Notes: a model not told the origin generated them from the letters alone. A DNA stretch of 44,934 nt from an uncultured Thermoplasmatales archaeon (GCA_964505085.1 CAZDGP010000001.1:93292-138225); one strand, 5' to 3'. Shown: positions 1-8,380, counted from the stretch's first letter. Program-made: numbers and translations.

Positions 1-26
1 GGTTCCCGGCCCACGATGTCATAAAC

Positions 27-34
27 TATATAAA
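27..34 (+). promoter_or_regulatory. candidate archaeal TATA box (TATATAAA) upstream of tbp
   Basis: The only strongly AT-rich octamer in the first 130 nt of a GC-rich window. A weaker TTTTAAG lies at 54-60. The tbp ATG is at 130, preceded by GGAG at 115-118. Confidence 0.4.
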
Positions 35-129
35 CGGATACCTTGCTTGAGCCTTTTAAGCGCCCATCGAGGCGGCTCCCCGGGAACGGGGTGCCCCGGG
101 TGGGATCGGTCCCCGGAGACCTGATAGGC

Positions 130-675
130 ATGCCGAAGATCAAGATCGAGAACGTTGTTGCTTCCTGCTCCCTCGGAACGGAACTCGACCTCCAGTCCAT
201 CGCGCTCGCGCTCGACAACGCGGAGTACGAGCCCGAACAGTTCCCCGGCCTCGTGTGCCGCCTCAAGGAGCCGAAAACCGCAGCGTTGCTGTTCCGGAGC
301 GGGAAGGTCGTCTGCACCGGGGCGAAGAGCATCGACGACGTCCACACCGCGGTGAAGATCGTCACGGAGAAGATCGAGAAGTCCGGCGTGGACGTGGACC
401 GCGACCCCGAGATCACGGTGCAGAACATCGTGGCCTCCAGCGACCTCGGCAGCGAGCTCAACCTCAACGCCATCGCCATCGGTCTCGGCCTCGAGAAGGT
501 GGAGTACGAGCCGGAGCAGTTCCCCGGCCTCGTCTACCGCCTCGACGACCCCAAGGTCGTGGTGCTCCTCTTCGGCAGCGGCAAGCTCGTGTGCACGGGT
601 GCCCGGCAACCCAAGGACGCCGAGCGCGCCGTGGAGCGCATCCAGGAGGAGCTCGAGGGCCTCGGCCTCCTGTAG
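130..675 (+). CDS. tbp: TATA-box binding protein (TBP)
   Basis: 181-aa ORF from ATG 130 beginning MPKIKIENVVAS. It has two tandem TBP-fold halves, each carrying EYEPEQFPGLV(C/Y)RL and a SGK(V/L)VCTGA signature. The longer TTG-43 start in the ORF track only adds a non-conserved Arg/Pro leader. Confidence 0.95.
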   Translation: MPKIKIENVVASCSLGTELDLQSIALALDNAEYEPEQFPGLVCRLKEPKTAALLFRSGKVVCTGAKSIDDVHTAVKIVTEKIEKSGVDVDRDPEITVQNIVASSDLGSELNLNAIAIGLGLEKVEYEPEQFPGLVYRLDDPKVVVLLFGSGKLVCTGARQPKDAERAVERIQEELEGLGLL

Positions 676-795
676 GCCGCCGCGGTGGGCATCCCCCACC
701 TGCCACCTCCCCCCTCTTCCCCCAACTCCCACCTTCTACCTGCCCTCCGGGACCCTGCGCAAACCTTACACCGGTCGAGCTTGCTCCACGCCTCC

Positions 796-1659
796 ATGAC
801 CCAGGATCTCCCCGTTCCTATCTTCGACAACCACGTCCACCTGGACCCGCGGGGGGACCGGGGGGAGGCGGTGAAGGAGTTCCACCGTGCCGGCGGTACC
901 CACCTCATGCTCGTGCACAAGCCCTACGAGGCCACTCCCAAGCGCACCGTGGAGGCCCACGTGGATGGTTACGAGACCACGTTGGGGCTCGCCGAGGAGG
1001 CCCGGGAGGCCGCCGACGTCCAGGTGCTCGTGGCCCTGGGCCCCCACCCGGTGGAGTTCACGAAGCTCCTGGACGAGGGTGTGGACAGGGCTTCGGCGAT
1101 GGAGGTGTACCGGGGAGCCCTCGAGGCCGCCGGGCGCTTCATCGAGGAGGGGGACGCGTGCTGCCTGGGGGAGGTGGGGCGGCCCCACTGGCGCCCCGTC
1201 GACGAGGAGGTGCTCGCAGCGAGCAACGAGCTCCTGGTGGATGCGCTCCGCCTCGCGAGGGACCTGGACGTGCCCGTGCAGATCCACGCGGAGACGGCAA
1301 CGCCCGAGAGCTACGCGGAGCTGGCGGACCTCTGCGATGAGGCGGGTCTGCCCCGGCATCGGGCCATCAAGCACTACTCGAGCCCCATCATCGACGAGGA
1401 GGGGAACGCCGGGTTGGTGCCGAGCGTCCTCGTCGGTGGGGACAACGCCCGGGAGGCCGCGGACCAGGGCACCCGCTTCCTCATGGAGACGGACTACCTG
1501 GACGACCCCGACCGGCCGGGGGCGGTGCTTGGCCCCAAGACCGTGCCCAAGCGCACGCGGAGCCTCTTTGAGACCGGGGCCATGACGGAGGAGGGGCTCC
1601 ACAGGGTGCATGTAGACCTCGTGGAGGAGCTCTACGGGGTCGAGGTGGACGCTGCCTGA
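796..1659 (+). CDS. TatD-related metal-dependent hydrolase (amidohydrolase superfamily)
   Basis: 287 aa from ATG 796 (MTQDLPVPIFDNHVHLDPRG). It has the N-terminal HxH metal motif, later HAE and ETD motifs, and the size typical of archaeal TatD-like proteins. The upstream part of the 685 ORF is Pro-rich filler. Confidence 0.75.
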   Translation: MTQDLPVPIFDNHVHLDPRGDRGEAVKEFHRAGGTHLMLVHKPYEATPKRTVEAHVDGYETTLGLAEEAREAADVQVLVALGPHPVEFTKLLDEGVDRASAMEVYRGALEAAGRFIEEGDACCLGEVGRPHWRPVDEEVLAASNELLVDALRLARDLDVPVQIHAETATPESYAELADLCDEAGLPRHRAIKHYSSPIIDEEGNAGLVPSVLVGGDNAREAADQGTRFLMETDYLDDPDRPGAVLGPKTVPKRTRSLFETGAMTEEGLHRVHVDLVEELYGVEVDAA

Positions 1660-1734
1660 CGGGGAGGAGGAGCTCAGGATCGAAGGGGTCGAGTCGGAGG
1701 CGGCCCAACGGGGGAAGAAGGAGGGGGAGAGGGG

Positions 1735-1769
1735 GGCCGCCGTGGGCGGCCGGGGGTAAGGCGCCGGCC
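1735..1769. terminator. two GC hairpins in the convergent gap between the TatD-like gene and the NSS transporter
   Basis: GGCCGCC-gtg-GGCGGCC (1735-1751, 7-bp stem) overlaps GGCCGG-n10-CCGGCC (1748-1769). They lie between stop codons at 1657-1659 (+) and 1779-1781 (-). No oligo-T tract, so a terminator function is only a guess. Confidence 0.25.
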
Positions 1770-1778
1770 TCAACCGAC

Positions 1779-3212
1779 TCAACCGAGGAACATTTCCCAG
1801 GCGTGGGCGAAGAACTCCGGCGTGTTCTGGATGACGAGCACCCCCAGGATCACGGGCGTCACGTACCGGAGCATGAACCGCACGTACCCGCCCACCTGCA
1901 AGGTCTCCGAGCCCCGGTTGACCTCCTCCTTGAGGTTCGGCACGAACCATCCTGCGTAGATGGTGAGGAGGAGGAGCCCCGTGAGGATCATGACGTTCAC
2001 CGCGAGCTCGTCGAGGAACGTAAGCATCTCCTGGTCCAGCGCGGCGACGATGCCAACCCCGGCGATGATCTCCGCCAGGAGGATGGCGGCCTTCCAGCGT
2101 TCGACACCCCACTCGTCCACCACGTAGCTCACCGGCACCTCGAGGAGGCTGATGGCGCTCGTGAAGGCAGCGAAGAAGAGCGCCAGGAAGAAGAGGACGC
2201 CCAGCGCCTGCCCGATGAGCTCCAGCTCCGCGAAGGCAGCGGGGATGGCCACGAAGGTGGTGGCTGCGCCGCCGCCTGCGCCCAGGAGCCCGAAGGCCCC
2301 GAGGATGGGGAAGACCATGAAGCCCCCGAGGAGGCCCACGCCGGTGTTCCCACCAGCGATCCATAAGCCGTCCTCGCTGAGGTCCGTGTCCTTCTCCAGG
2401 TAGCTCCCGTACGTGATGAGGGCGCCCTGCCCCAAGCTCAATGTGAAGGCCGTTTGGCCCGCGGCGTCCACTGCGATGTCCTTGAAGCTGGACCACTCCG
2501 TGAGGCGGCTCCAGTCGGGTTGGAGGTAGAACGCGTACCCGGCTCCCGAACCTGGGAGGAAGAACCCGTAGATGGCGATCCCGATGCCGATGACGATGAG
2601 GCTCGGCACCATGAGGGTCACCGCGCGCTCGATCCCGTTGGCGATGCCCACGGCGATGACGCCGGCGACGATGGTCATGGTGACGAAGTGCGTGAGCAAC
2701 GCTCGCGGCCCCTCGATGGTGCCCTGCAGGAACGCCTGGGGGTCACCGAAGTACGCGCCGGTGAAGCTCGCGAGGAAGTACTGGATGGTCCACCCGGCCA
2801 CCACGGCGTAGAAGCTCAGCACCGTCATAGCTGCGAGGACGCCCAGGATCCCCGCGTACTTCCAGTACTGGCCGTACCTGCCGGCCTCCCGGAAGCTCCC
2901 CACAGCGTTGAGGGACGTCTTGCGCCCGATGGCGAGCTCGGCGTAGAGGCCCGGCACGCCCACGAGCACGAGGAGGGTGAGGTAGAGGACCACGAAGGCG
3001 CCGCCGCCGTTGGCTGCCGTCATGAAGGGGAAGCGCCAGATGTTCCCCAGGCCCACGGCGCTGCCGAGCGCCGCGAGGATGAACCCGATGCGGCTCGACC
3101 ATTGGCCGCGGGCCACCGGTGCTTCGCTCGCCCCGCCGGCGGAGGCCGCGTCGTTGCCACCTTCGGGTGCGATAGGTCGCGTGATGATCGTCGGGGTGTC
3201 ATCTTCTGCCAT
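1779..3212 (-). CDS. sodium-dependent transporter, neurotransmitter:sodium symporter (NSS/SNF) family
   Basis: 477 aa, polytopic. The N-terminal signature WSSRIGFILAALGSAVGLGNIWRFPF is diagnostic of the NSS family. ATG at 3212 has GAGGGG 7 nt upstream. Confidence 0.9.
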   Translation of the reverse strand: MAEDDTPTIITRPIAPEGGNDAASAGGASEAPVARGQWSSRIGFILAALGSAVGLGNIWRFPFMTAANGGGAFVVLYLTLLVLVGVPGLYAELAIGRKTSLNAVGSFREAGRYGQYWKYAGILGVLAAMTVLSFYAVVAGWTIQYFLASFTGAYFGDPQAFLQGTIEGPRALLTHFVTMTIVAGVIAVGIANGIERAVTLMVPSLIVIGIGIAIYGFFLPGSGAGYAFYLQPDWSRLTEWSSFKDIAVDAAGQTAFTLSLGQGALITYGSYLEKDTDLSEDGLWIAGGNTGVGLLGGFMVFPILGAFGLLGAGGGAATTFVAIPAAFAELELIGQALGVLFFLALFFAAFTSAISLLEVPVSYVVDEWGVERWKAAILLAEIIAGVGIVAALDQEMLTFLDELAVNVMILTGLLLLTIYAGWFVPNLKEEVNRGSETLQVGGYVRFMLRYVTPVILGVLVIQNTPEFFAHAWEMFLG

Positions 3213-3224
3213 GATGGTTCCCCT

Positions 3225-3830
3225 CTAGACACCCTCGAGGTCGCCCACGGAGGTCGTAGCCTGCGCCAGGTAGTGCGTAAGCTCCGGTTGAACCTCGACC
3301 TCGTGCTCCCCGGTGAGGCTGGTGCCGCCGTGGTCCACGGTGACGGTGACGGTCCAGTTCCCCACGCCAGCGGTGTCCGTGTGCTCGGCCGCGAGCTCCG
3401 CCAAGGCCGCCTCCCGGTCAGCGGCGGAGATGAGGGAGACGTCCGGGACCTCCGCCAGCTCCACCGTAACCTCCACGGTGGTGCTGGAGGCACCGGCGGT
3501 GATGGAGCCGGTGCCCTCCGTCTCGTTCCCGCCGGGTGTGGTGACGGTGACGGTGACATCGTCCTGGGCAAGGTGACCGGCGCCGGCGCTCACGGTGACG
3601 GTGAACAGCGCCTCCGTGATGTTCCGTTGGTCCACGTCGAAGGTGAACTCCTGCTCGCCCCCGTTGGCTCCCAGGTTCTCCGAGGCTGCGTCGAGCTCGG
3701 TGGTCTCGGTCTCCCAGGATACGTCGAATCGCTGCTCCCCGCCGGGGCCGCCGTAGAGGGCGGCACCGGCCACGGCGGCGACGACGACGATGACGCCGAC
3801 GACGATGATGGCCAGGTCGATCTTCTCCAT
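3225..3830 (-). CDS. hypothetical N-terminally membrane-anchored, Thr/Val/Glu-rich beta-type protein
   Basis: 201 aa from ATG 3830 (AGGTGA 4 nt upstream). MEKIDLAIIVVGVIVVVAAVAGAALYG is a single TM segment followed by an acidic, T/V-rich ectodomain. The stop is 12 nt upstream of the NSS transporter start. No family recognised. Confidence 0.6.
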   Translation of the reverse strand: MEKIDLAIIVVGVIVVVAAVAGAALYGGPGGEQRFDVSWETETTELDAASENLGANGGEQEFTFDVDQRNITEALFTVTVSAGAGHLAQDDVTVTVTTPGGNETEGTGSITAGASSTTVEVTVELAEVPDVSLISAADREAALAELAAEHTDTAGVGNWTVTVTVDHGGTSLTGEHEVEVQPELTHYLAQATTSVGDLEGV

Positions 3831-4000
3831 GATGTCACCTTGTTCCCGGGCGCTCCCTGGTGGGCCCTCGAGGCCTCCAAGCAGGCTCGTCGGGACGGGG
3901 GGCCCGGATGGCGCATGATGCGACCGGGTCGCTTTATCCTTTTCCCCGGGTTCCAGCGCCCTCCAGCGAGGGGTCGCGGTAGAAGGTTGCATCCGACGCG

Positions 4001-5074
4001 TCACGTGGCGTCGGCGCCCGGTGGAAGCACCGCGAGACGGTTCCCGTGGCGTGCCACCTGCACCGTCTCCAGGTCCCGGGGGAGGTCAGGTGGTGCCTCC
4101 AGCGTCACCGTCTCGTAGCTTCGAGGGTCGAGGACCTGGATCTCACCGCCTTGGTGGCTCACCACCACCGCCTCCTCCAGCTCCTCGCGACGCACCACCG
4201 GCGCATCCTCCAGGTCCCCCTGCTCCTCCGTAACGTACGCGAGGTCCGGCAGGCGCTGGAGCCGCACGTGCTTCGATCCCACGTCCCTGACGATGTGGAG
4301 GGCATCCTGGAAGACCACGAGGTCCCCCAGGCGGTAGGGGGGAAGGCGCACGCTGTACGTGACGCGGTACACATCCTGACCGTCCTGTTGCCCGGTGAGC
4401 GTGGCGCTGTCGGTGACGCGCCCGCCGTAGGCGTCGGCGATGCTGCGTGAGATGACGCGTCCAGCACGGCTCGTGCCGATGTAGAGGTCCAACCCGCCGT
4501 GGAGCTCCTCCTCCTTGAGGATGAAGGCGTTCCGGTCGCCCTTCTTCGCCCGGAGGCGCTCCACCACATCCTGGGCGATGTTCCGCGCGGCACGCATCTC
4601 GTCGGCCTCCACGCCACGGTCGCCTCCGCGCCGAAGCTGCACGATGGACTCGAAGTACCCGCCGTGGAAGCGGCTGCACCGCGTGCACGTGGCGCCCTTG
4701 AGGCGGACCCGCGTGGTGTGGGGTTCCCGCACGTGCACGTGCTCGACCAAGCCGTCAACCACCACCTGCACGGTGAAGTTCCGCGGGTCCTCCTCGAGGA
4801 CGTCCATGAAGATCTGCGGGTCCTCCATGCGTTGCTCCACCCTGAGAGCCTCCCCCACAGCGCGTCGCACGGCCTCTGGCAGGGGAACGTCCTCGTCGAC
4901 CCACTGCTCCTCACCCCGGCGCCGGGCGCCACAGTGGACGCACGCCTCGAGGTCCACGACCTCCGGGAGGAGGCTGAACTCGTGCTCCTCGAGGAAGCAG
5001 GCCTCGCAGAGGGCATCGTGAAGCTCCTCCTCGGGTACCTCGTCACCGCATCGTACGCAGAACACCGTCGTCAC
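4001..5074 (-). CDS. nmd3: NMD3-family protein (archaeal homolog of the 60S subunit export adaptor)
   Basis: 357 aa from GTG 5074. The N-terminal Cys clusters FCVRCG...CEAC...CVHCG...CTRC are followed by the NMD3 core (GGYFESIVQLR, LDLYIG). GTG 5074-5072 overlaps the DUF424 stop TGA 5073-5071 (GTGA). The long 4001-5629 ORF overruns DUF424 and the mcm stop. Confidence 0.85.
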   Translation of the reverse strand: MTTVFCVRCGDEVPEEELHDALCEACFLEEHEFSLLPEVVDLEACVHCGARRRGEEQWVDEDVPLPEAVRRAVGEALRVEQRMEDPQIFMDVLEEDPRNFTVQVVVDGLVEHVHVREPHTTRVRLKGATCTRCSRFHGGYFESIVQLRRGGDRGVEADEMRAARNIAQDVVERLRAKKGDRNAFILKEEELHGGLDLYIGTSRAGRVISRSIADAYGGRVTDSATLTGQQDGQDVYRVTYSVRLPPYRLGDLVVFQDALHIVRDVGSKHVRLQRLPDLAYVTEEQGDLEDAPVVRREELEEAVVVSHQGGEIQVLDPRSYETVTLEAPPDLPRDLETVQVARHGNRLAVLPPGADAT

Positions 5075-5376
5075 CCGTCGCTTTCCATGAGGGCCACCTG
5101 CGCGTGGGGTACGCCCTGGATGCTCAGCACGCGCTCCACGTCCACGTACCCGTGGCGTACCGCCAGCGTCACGACGCCCTCCCCCACGAGGTTGGCCACC
5201 GTGCAGGCCCGAAGCTGCGTCACCACCGTCTCCTCGGTGACGTCCTCCTCCCCGTAGAAGGCCGCCGTCACCTCGATCTGCATGGGGCCCTCGCGGAACG
5301 CCTCCCCCACGAGGTCGGCGTCGCTGGCGGCCAGGAGCACCTCCCCACCCTCTCGGTACACCTTCGCTCGGAACAT
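5071..5376 (-). CDS. DUF424 domain protein
   Basis: 101 aa from ATG 5376: MFRAKVYREGGEVLLAASDADLVGEAF...IQGVPHAQV. This is the typical DUF424 (COG2412) layout and size. Confidence 0.75.
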   Translation of the reverse strand: MFRAKVYREGGEVLLAASDADLVGEAFREGPMQIEVTAAFYGEEDVTEETVVTQLRACTVANLVGEGVVTLAVRHGYVDVERVLSIQGVPHAQVALMESDG

Positions 5377-5404
5377 GGATGATGGTACGGAGCATGCCCT
5401 GCGC

Positions 5405-5412
5405 AATAAAGG
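5405..5412 (-). promoter_or_regulatory. candidate TATA box (CCTTTATT on minus strand) for DUF424-nmd3
   Basis: AT-rich box about 29-36 nt upstream of ATG 5376. This predicts a leaderless or very short-leader transcript. There is no SD in front of this ATG. Confidence 0.45.
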
Positions 5413-5421
5413 TATGGGGGC

Positions 5422-5449
5422 GGGGGGAGGGCGGGATGCACCTCCCCCC
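5422..5449 (-). terminator. perfect 9-bp GC stem-loop just downstream of the mcm stop
   Basis: GGGGGGAGG (5422-5430) pairs with CCTCCCCCC (5441-5449) around a 10-nt loop. It starts 20 nt after the mcm stop (5469-5471). On the transcript it is followed about 10 nt later by the TTTATT tract. Confidence 0.4.
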
Positions 5450-5468
5450 AGGGCCTCTCCGCCGGGGT

Positions 5469-7595
5469 TCACCCCCGCACGAGGGCGAAGTGCTCGGGAC
5501 GCGGGCTGTAGATGTCGCCCCGCTCCTTGAGCTGCTGGAGGATGCCCCGGGCCTCGTCCAGGTCCATGCCCTCGGCCTCGCAGGCGTCCAGGATCTCCTC
5601 GAGGTGGGCGCCGTCGCTGCTTCCCGCACCGAGCTCCCGCACGATGCGCTTCACGGTCATGGTGCGTTCCCGTTGGTTGTGGCCGACGCCGCTCGTCACG
5701 AGGTCGATGTCGAAGAGGCCTCCCTCGTCCCCGGCGATCTTGCTGAGGTAGTACTCCACGATGTTGATGGCGCGCTCCGCATCCTCGATCTGCACCTCTT
5801 GGCTGATGCGAACCTTGGCGCTGGCCTCGGCCAACCGGACGAAGGACTCCAGCTGGCGGGCCGTGAGGGGGACGGGGCTGTCCTCCTCGCCGCTTGCCTG
5901 ACGCCGGAGGTCCACGTAGTAGTCCTGGATGCGTTCCCTGGCCTCGTCGGTCATGACGGGGAAGCAGGTGCGCTTCGTGTAGGCCACGTACTTGCGGAGG
6001 AACTCCCCGGGTACGGGGGGTTCCACCTTCACCAGGGCGTCGTCGATGTCCTCGTCGCTGATGCTGCTCTCGGGGTCATGGTTCCGTTGCTCGTTGAGCG
6101 CGCCACCCCGGTGCACCTGGAGGATGTGGTTCGCGAGGAGGCTGTCCCTGTCGGGTTCGGGGTTGTCGGTGAGGGCGAAGATGACGTCGAAGCGGCTCAT
6201 GAGGGCCGGGGGCAGGTCGATCTGCTCGGGCATGGGGGTGAAGGGCTCGAACCGACCGAACTTCGGGTTGGCGGCGCCCAGGATAGCGCAGCGGGACTGG
6301 AGGGTGGCCGTGATGCCGGCCTTGGCGATGCTGATGGACTGCTGCTCCATGGCCTCGTGCATGCTGGAGCGGTCGTTCTTCTCCATCTTGTCGATCTCGT
6401 CGATGCATGCGATACCCTTGTCCGCCAGCACCAGAGCACCGGCCTCGAGGCTCCAGCGTCCATCACCAAACTCGTCCCGCACGGCAGCGGCGGTGAGACC
6501 CGCCGCGCTGCTCGACTTCCCGCTCGTGTAGATGCCTCGGGGCGCGAGACGGGCGGCGTAGCGGAGGAGCTGGGACTTGGCCACACCCGGGTCCCCCACC
6601 ATGAGGATGTGGATGTCCCCCCTCAGCCGGGACCCGTCGGGCAGGTGCTTGGCCACGCCGCCGAAGAGCTGGAGCATGAGCGCTTGCTTCTCCACGTCCA
6701 TGCCGTAGATGCTGGGAGCGATGCTCTCCCGGATCTTCTCGTAGATCTCGGGATCGCGGCTGAAGCGCCGGATCTCCTCCTCCTCCTCGGGCGTGATCTC
6801 CACCTCGTCGAACTCCTGCTCCTCCATCTCGATGCTCAGGGTCTCGAGGAAGAGGTCGAAGATGGTGCTCTTGGTGCCTCCGCTCCGGCGCACGGCGGAG
6901 CGCAGCACGCCGTTCACCATGATGCGGTCCCCGGGGCTCACGACACCGCAGAGCTCGCCCTCGGCGAAGATCGTGAGGCGCTGGGGTTGCTCACCCCCCC
7001 GCATCTTCTCGGGGCTCTCCTGGATCTCGAGCTTCTGCGTGTCCACAAGGCGGGACTCCTCCGTGAGGAGGCGGAAGCTCGTGGAGCGGCCGCAACCGCC
7101 CTGGTCCTCGTAGCACTCCGCCGGTTCCTTGAGGACGAGGTGCTCCTCCTGGGGTTGTCGGATGGTGGCGAAGCACCGCAGGCACATGAAGACGCCCTCC
7201 TCCACCCGGGGGCGGACCTCGGTGGCCTTCTTCACGAGGCCCTGGACGGCGATGAGTCGCCCCATGTGCTCGCTCCGGAGGTCCCGCACCTCCACACGGC
7301 TCGTGTCGGGGAGGTTGACCATGCGCACGTGGAGCGAGGCCGTGATCTCCACGGGGGTGTCGATGGTGTCGAGGGCATCGCGGGCGGCCTTGAGGCTCTT
7401 GGAGGGACGCTGGAGCGTGAACTCAGCGAGCTCCTGGTCGTGGCGGTCCAGCTTCCAGTAGTCCACCTCCACGCTGCTTGCTGCCGGTGCATGGAGTGCC
7501 GCCTCGTTGATGTCGGGCTTGTAGTACTTCTTGAGGAAGCGCTCCCAGTTCTGCTTGAGCGCGTCCCCTGTCATCTCCGTTACGGCCTGGGGCAT
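5469..7595 (-). CDS. mcm: MCM replicative helicase
   Basis: 708 aa from ATG 7595 (AGGTG 7 nt upstream). Motifs present: zinc motif CLRC...C..GGC, Walker A MVGDPGVAKSQ, Walker B CIDEIDKM, arginine finger SRFD, and a C-terminal winged-helix tail. The length shows no intein insertion. Confidence 0.95.
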   Translation of the reverse strand: MPQAVTEMTGDALKQNWERFLKKYYKPDINEAALHAPAASSVEVDYWKLDRHDQELAEFTLQRPSKSLKAARDALDTIDTPVEITASLHVRMVNLPDTSRVEVRDLRSEHMGRLIAVQGLVKKATEVRPRVEEGVFMCLRCFATIRQPQEEHLVLKEPAECYEDQGGCGRSTSFRLLTEESRLVDTQKLEIQESPEKMRGGEQPQRLTIFAEGELCGVVSPGDRIMVNGVLRSAVRRSGGTKSTIFDLFLETLSIEMEEQEFDEVEITPEEEEEIRRFSRDPEIYEKIRESIAPSIYGMDVEKQALMLQLFGGVAKHLPDGSRLRGDIHILMVGDPGVAKSQLLRYAARLAPRGIYTSGKSSSAAGLTAAAVRDEFGDGRWSLEAGALVLADKGIACIDEIDKMEKNDRSSMHEAMEQQSISIAKAGITATLQSRCAILGAANPKFGRFEPFTPMPEQIDLPPALMSRFDVIFALTDNPEPDRDSLLANHILQVHRGGALNEQRNHDPESSISDEDIDDALVKVEPPVPGEFLRKYVAYTKRTCFPVMTDEARERIQDYYVDLRRQASGEEDSPVPLTARQLESFVRLAEASAKVRISQEVQIEDAERAINIVEYYLSKIAGDEGGLFDIDLVTSGVGHNQRERTMTVKRIVRELGAGSSDGAHLEEILDACEAEGMDLDEARGILQQLKERGDIYSPRPEHFALVRG

Positions 7596-7764
7596 CGTGT
7601 AGCACCTTGGGGTCGAGCGGTGGTCATGGCGGCTTGGGGACCGACCCGGGGTCGGTTTCGAGTGGGCCCCCTGCGTCCCCTCCGACCTTGCCTGGGAACT
7701 CGTCTGGTGGACCCAGGTGGGGCTGGTGGGGGGTTGGGTCGTCTGCAACCCGTGGATGGCCCTC

Positions 7765-7788
7765 GGGGGTTCCGGAGGGCGGGTCGGG
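7765..7788 (+). other. canonical G-quadruplex motif (G5-n7-G3-n1-G3-n2-G3)
   Basis: GGGGGTTCCGGAGGGCGGGTCGGG read directly from the plus strand, which is antisense to the mcm reading direction. Confidence 0.5.
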
Positions 7789-7862
7789 TGGTTCCCTCGT
7801 TTCCGGGGTTCCGCCGGCGGTAGGGTGGCTGGACGGGCGGGCGACGTAGGTCCCTCGGGCCC

Positions 7863-7890
7863 GGGGGTCCGTTCGGGGTGGTGGGGTGGG
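7863..7890 (+). other. canonical G-quadruplex motif (G5-n7-G4-n4-G4-n1-G3)
   Basis: GGGGGTCCGTTCGGGGTGGTGGGGTGGG read directly from the plus strand. Confidence 0.5.
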
Positions 7891-8380
7891 TTCCCGGCCT
7901 CGGGTCGCAGGCGTTTCCAGGCGCCCCGAAGGGGTCCCTTGGGGGCATCGTGGAGCGGTGCCACGGCCCCGTTGCACGTCTTCGGTGCCTTCGTATGGAG
8001 CTCGTGGAGCCACAGCTACCGCTGGAGGTTCCGCGTCGCTTGGGCCCCCTCGACAGGGACGGGCTCGGCAGCGGCCGCGCACACGAGCGGCGTCGGGTGC
8101 GGATCGCGGACCCCGCCGCTGTCTCCGCAGGTACCCCAAGACCGTGGTCCGTGATGAAGTTCACGGTCCTACGCTCTTCTCGATACGAAGTCCAGGGGAA
8201 ACCACCGATCAAGCACAGCACCACCGTGGGGAACCATGAACTTGTTCCCAACGCCTTGAACGAGAAGTCTGGGGCAGGGTGAAAGTACCGGGCATCGGGA
8301 CCTACTCACGCTCCAGACGAAAGGAAGGGGAGGGGGTTGCGGTACCATGGGTCCCGCGCCGGCGTCCCGCCACTGTCGAC

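Larger units (their letters stand above)
7596..8380. other. 785-bp non-coding GC-rich spacer between polB stop and mcm start
   Basis: No ORF in any frame has protein-like composition; all are Pro/Arg/Gly filler. No TATA-like element was seen. Positions 7620-7960 are rich in plus-strand G-runs. Positions 7960-8380 have balanced composition and several short hairpins. Confidence 0.6.

Noticed and set aside
43-129. Longer TTG-initiated TBP (210 aa) and longer TatD-like ORF starting at 685.
   Set aside because: The extra N-terminal residues are Arg/Pro-rich and not conserved in the families. For tbp, the TTG at 43 lies upstream of any start site predicted from the TATA box at 27-34. Conserved N-termini begin at ATG 130 and ATG 796.
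5075-5629. Upstream extension of the nmd3 ORF to 5629 (542 aa).
   Set aside because: It overlaps DUF424 out of frame and runs into the mcm 3' end. The composition is Arg/Gly/Pro filler. The NMD3 Cys-cluster N-terminus starts right at GTG 5074.
7596-7964. 123-aa in-frame Pro/Arg/Thr-rich N-terminal extension of MCM (the ORF track starts at 7964).
   Set aside because: The sequence is low-complexity with no MCM homology. The conserved N-terminus begins at ATG 7595, which has an AGGTG SD 7 nt upstream. The open frame is explained by GC richness. It cannot be fully excluded without N-terminal proteomics.
8140-8320. Resemblances to RNase P RNA conserved regions (GAAGUCC, GGGGAAACCACC...CAAG, AGGGUGAAAG) and to an SRP-like GGAAGG string. 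Also a C-box-like GTGATGA at 8151-8157.
   Set aside because: The order of the RNase-P-like strings does not match the CR-I to CR-V order, and no ACAGAA...GGCUUA P4 partner was found. No SRP helix-8 AGCA/GGAA geometry was seen. No D box (CUGA) follows at a suitable distance for a C/D sRNA. The region is kept only as a generic candidate structured RNA.
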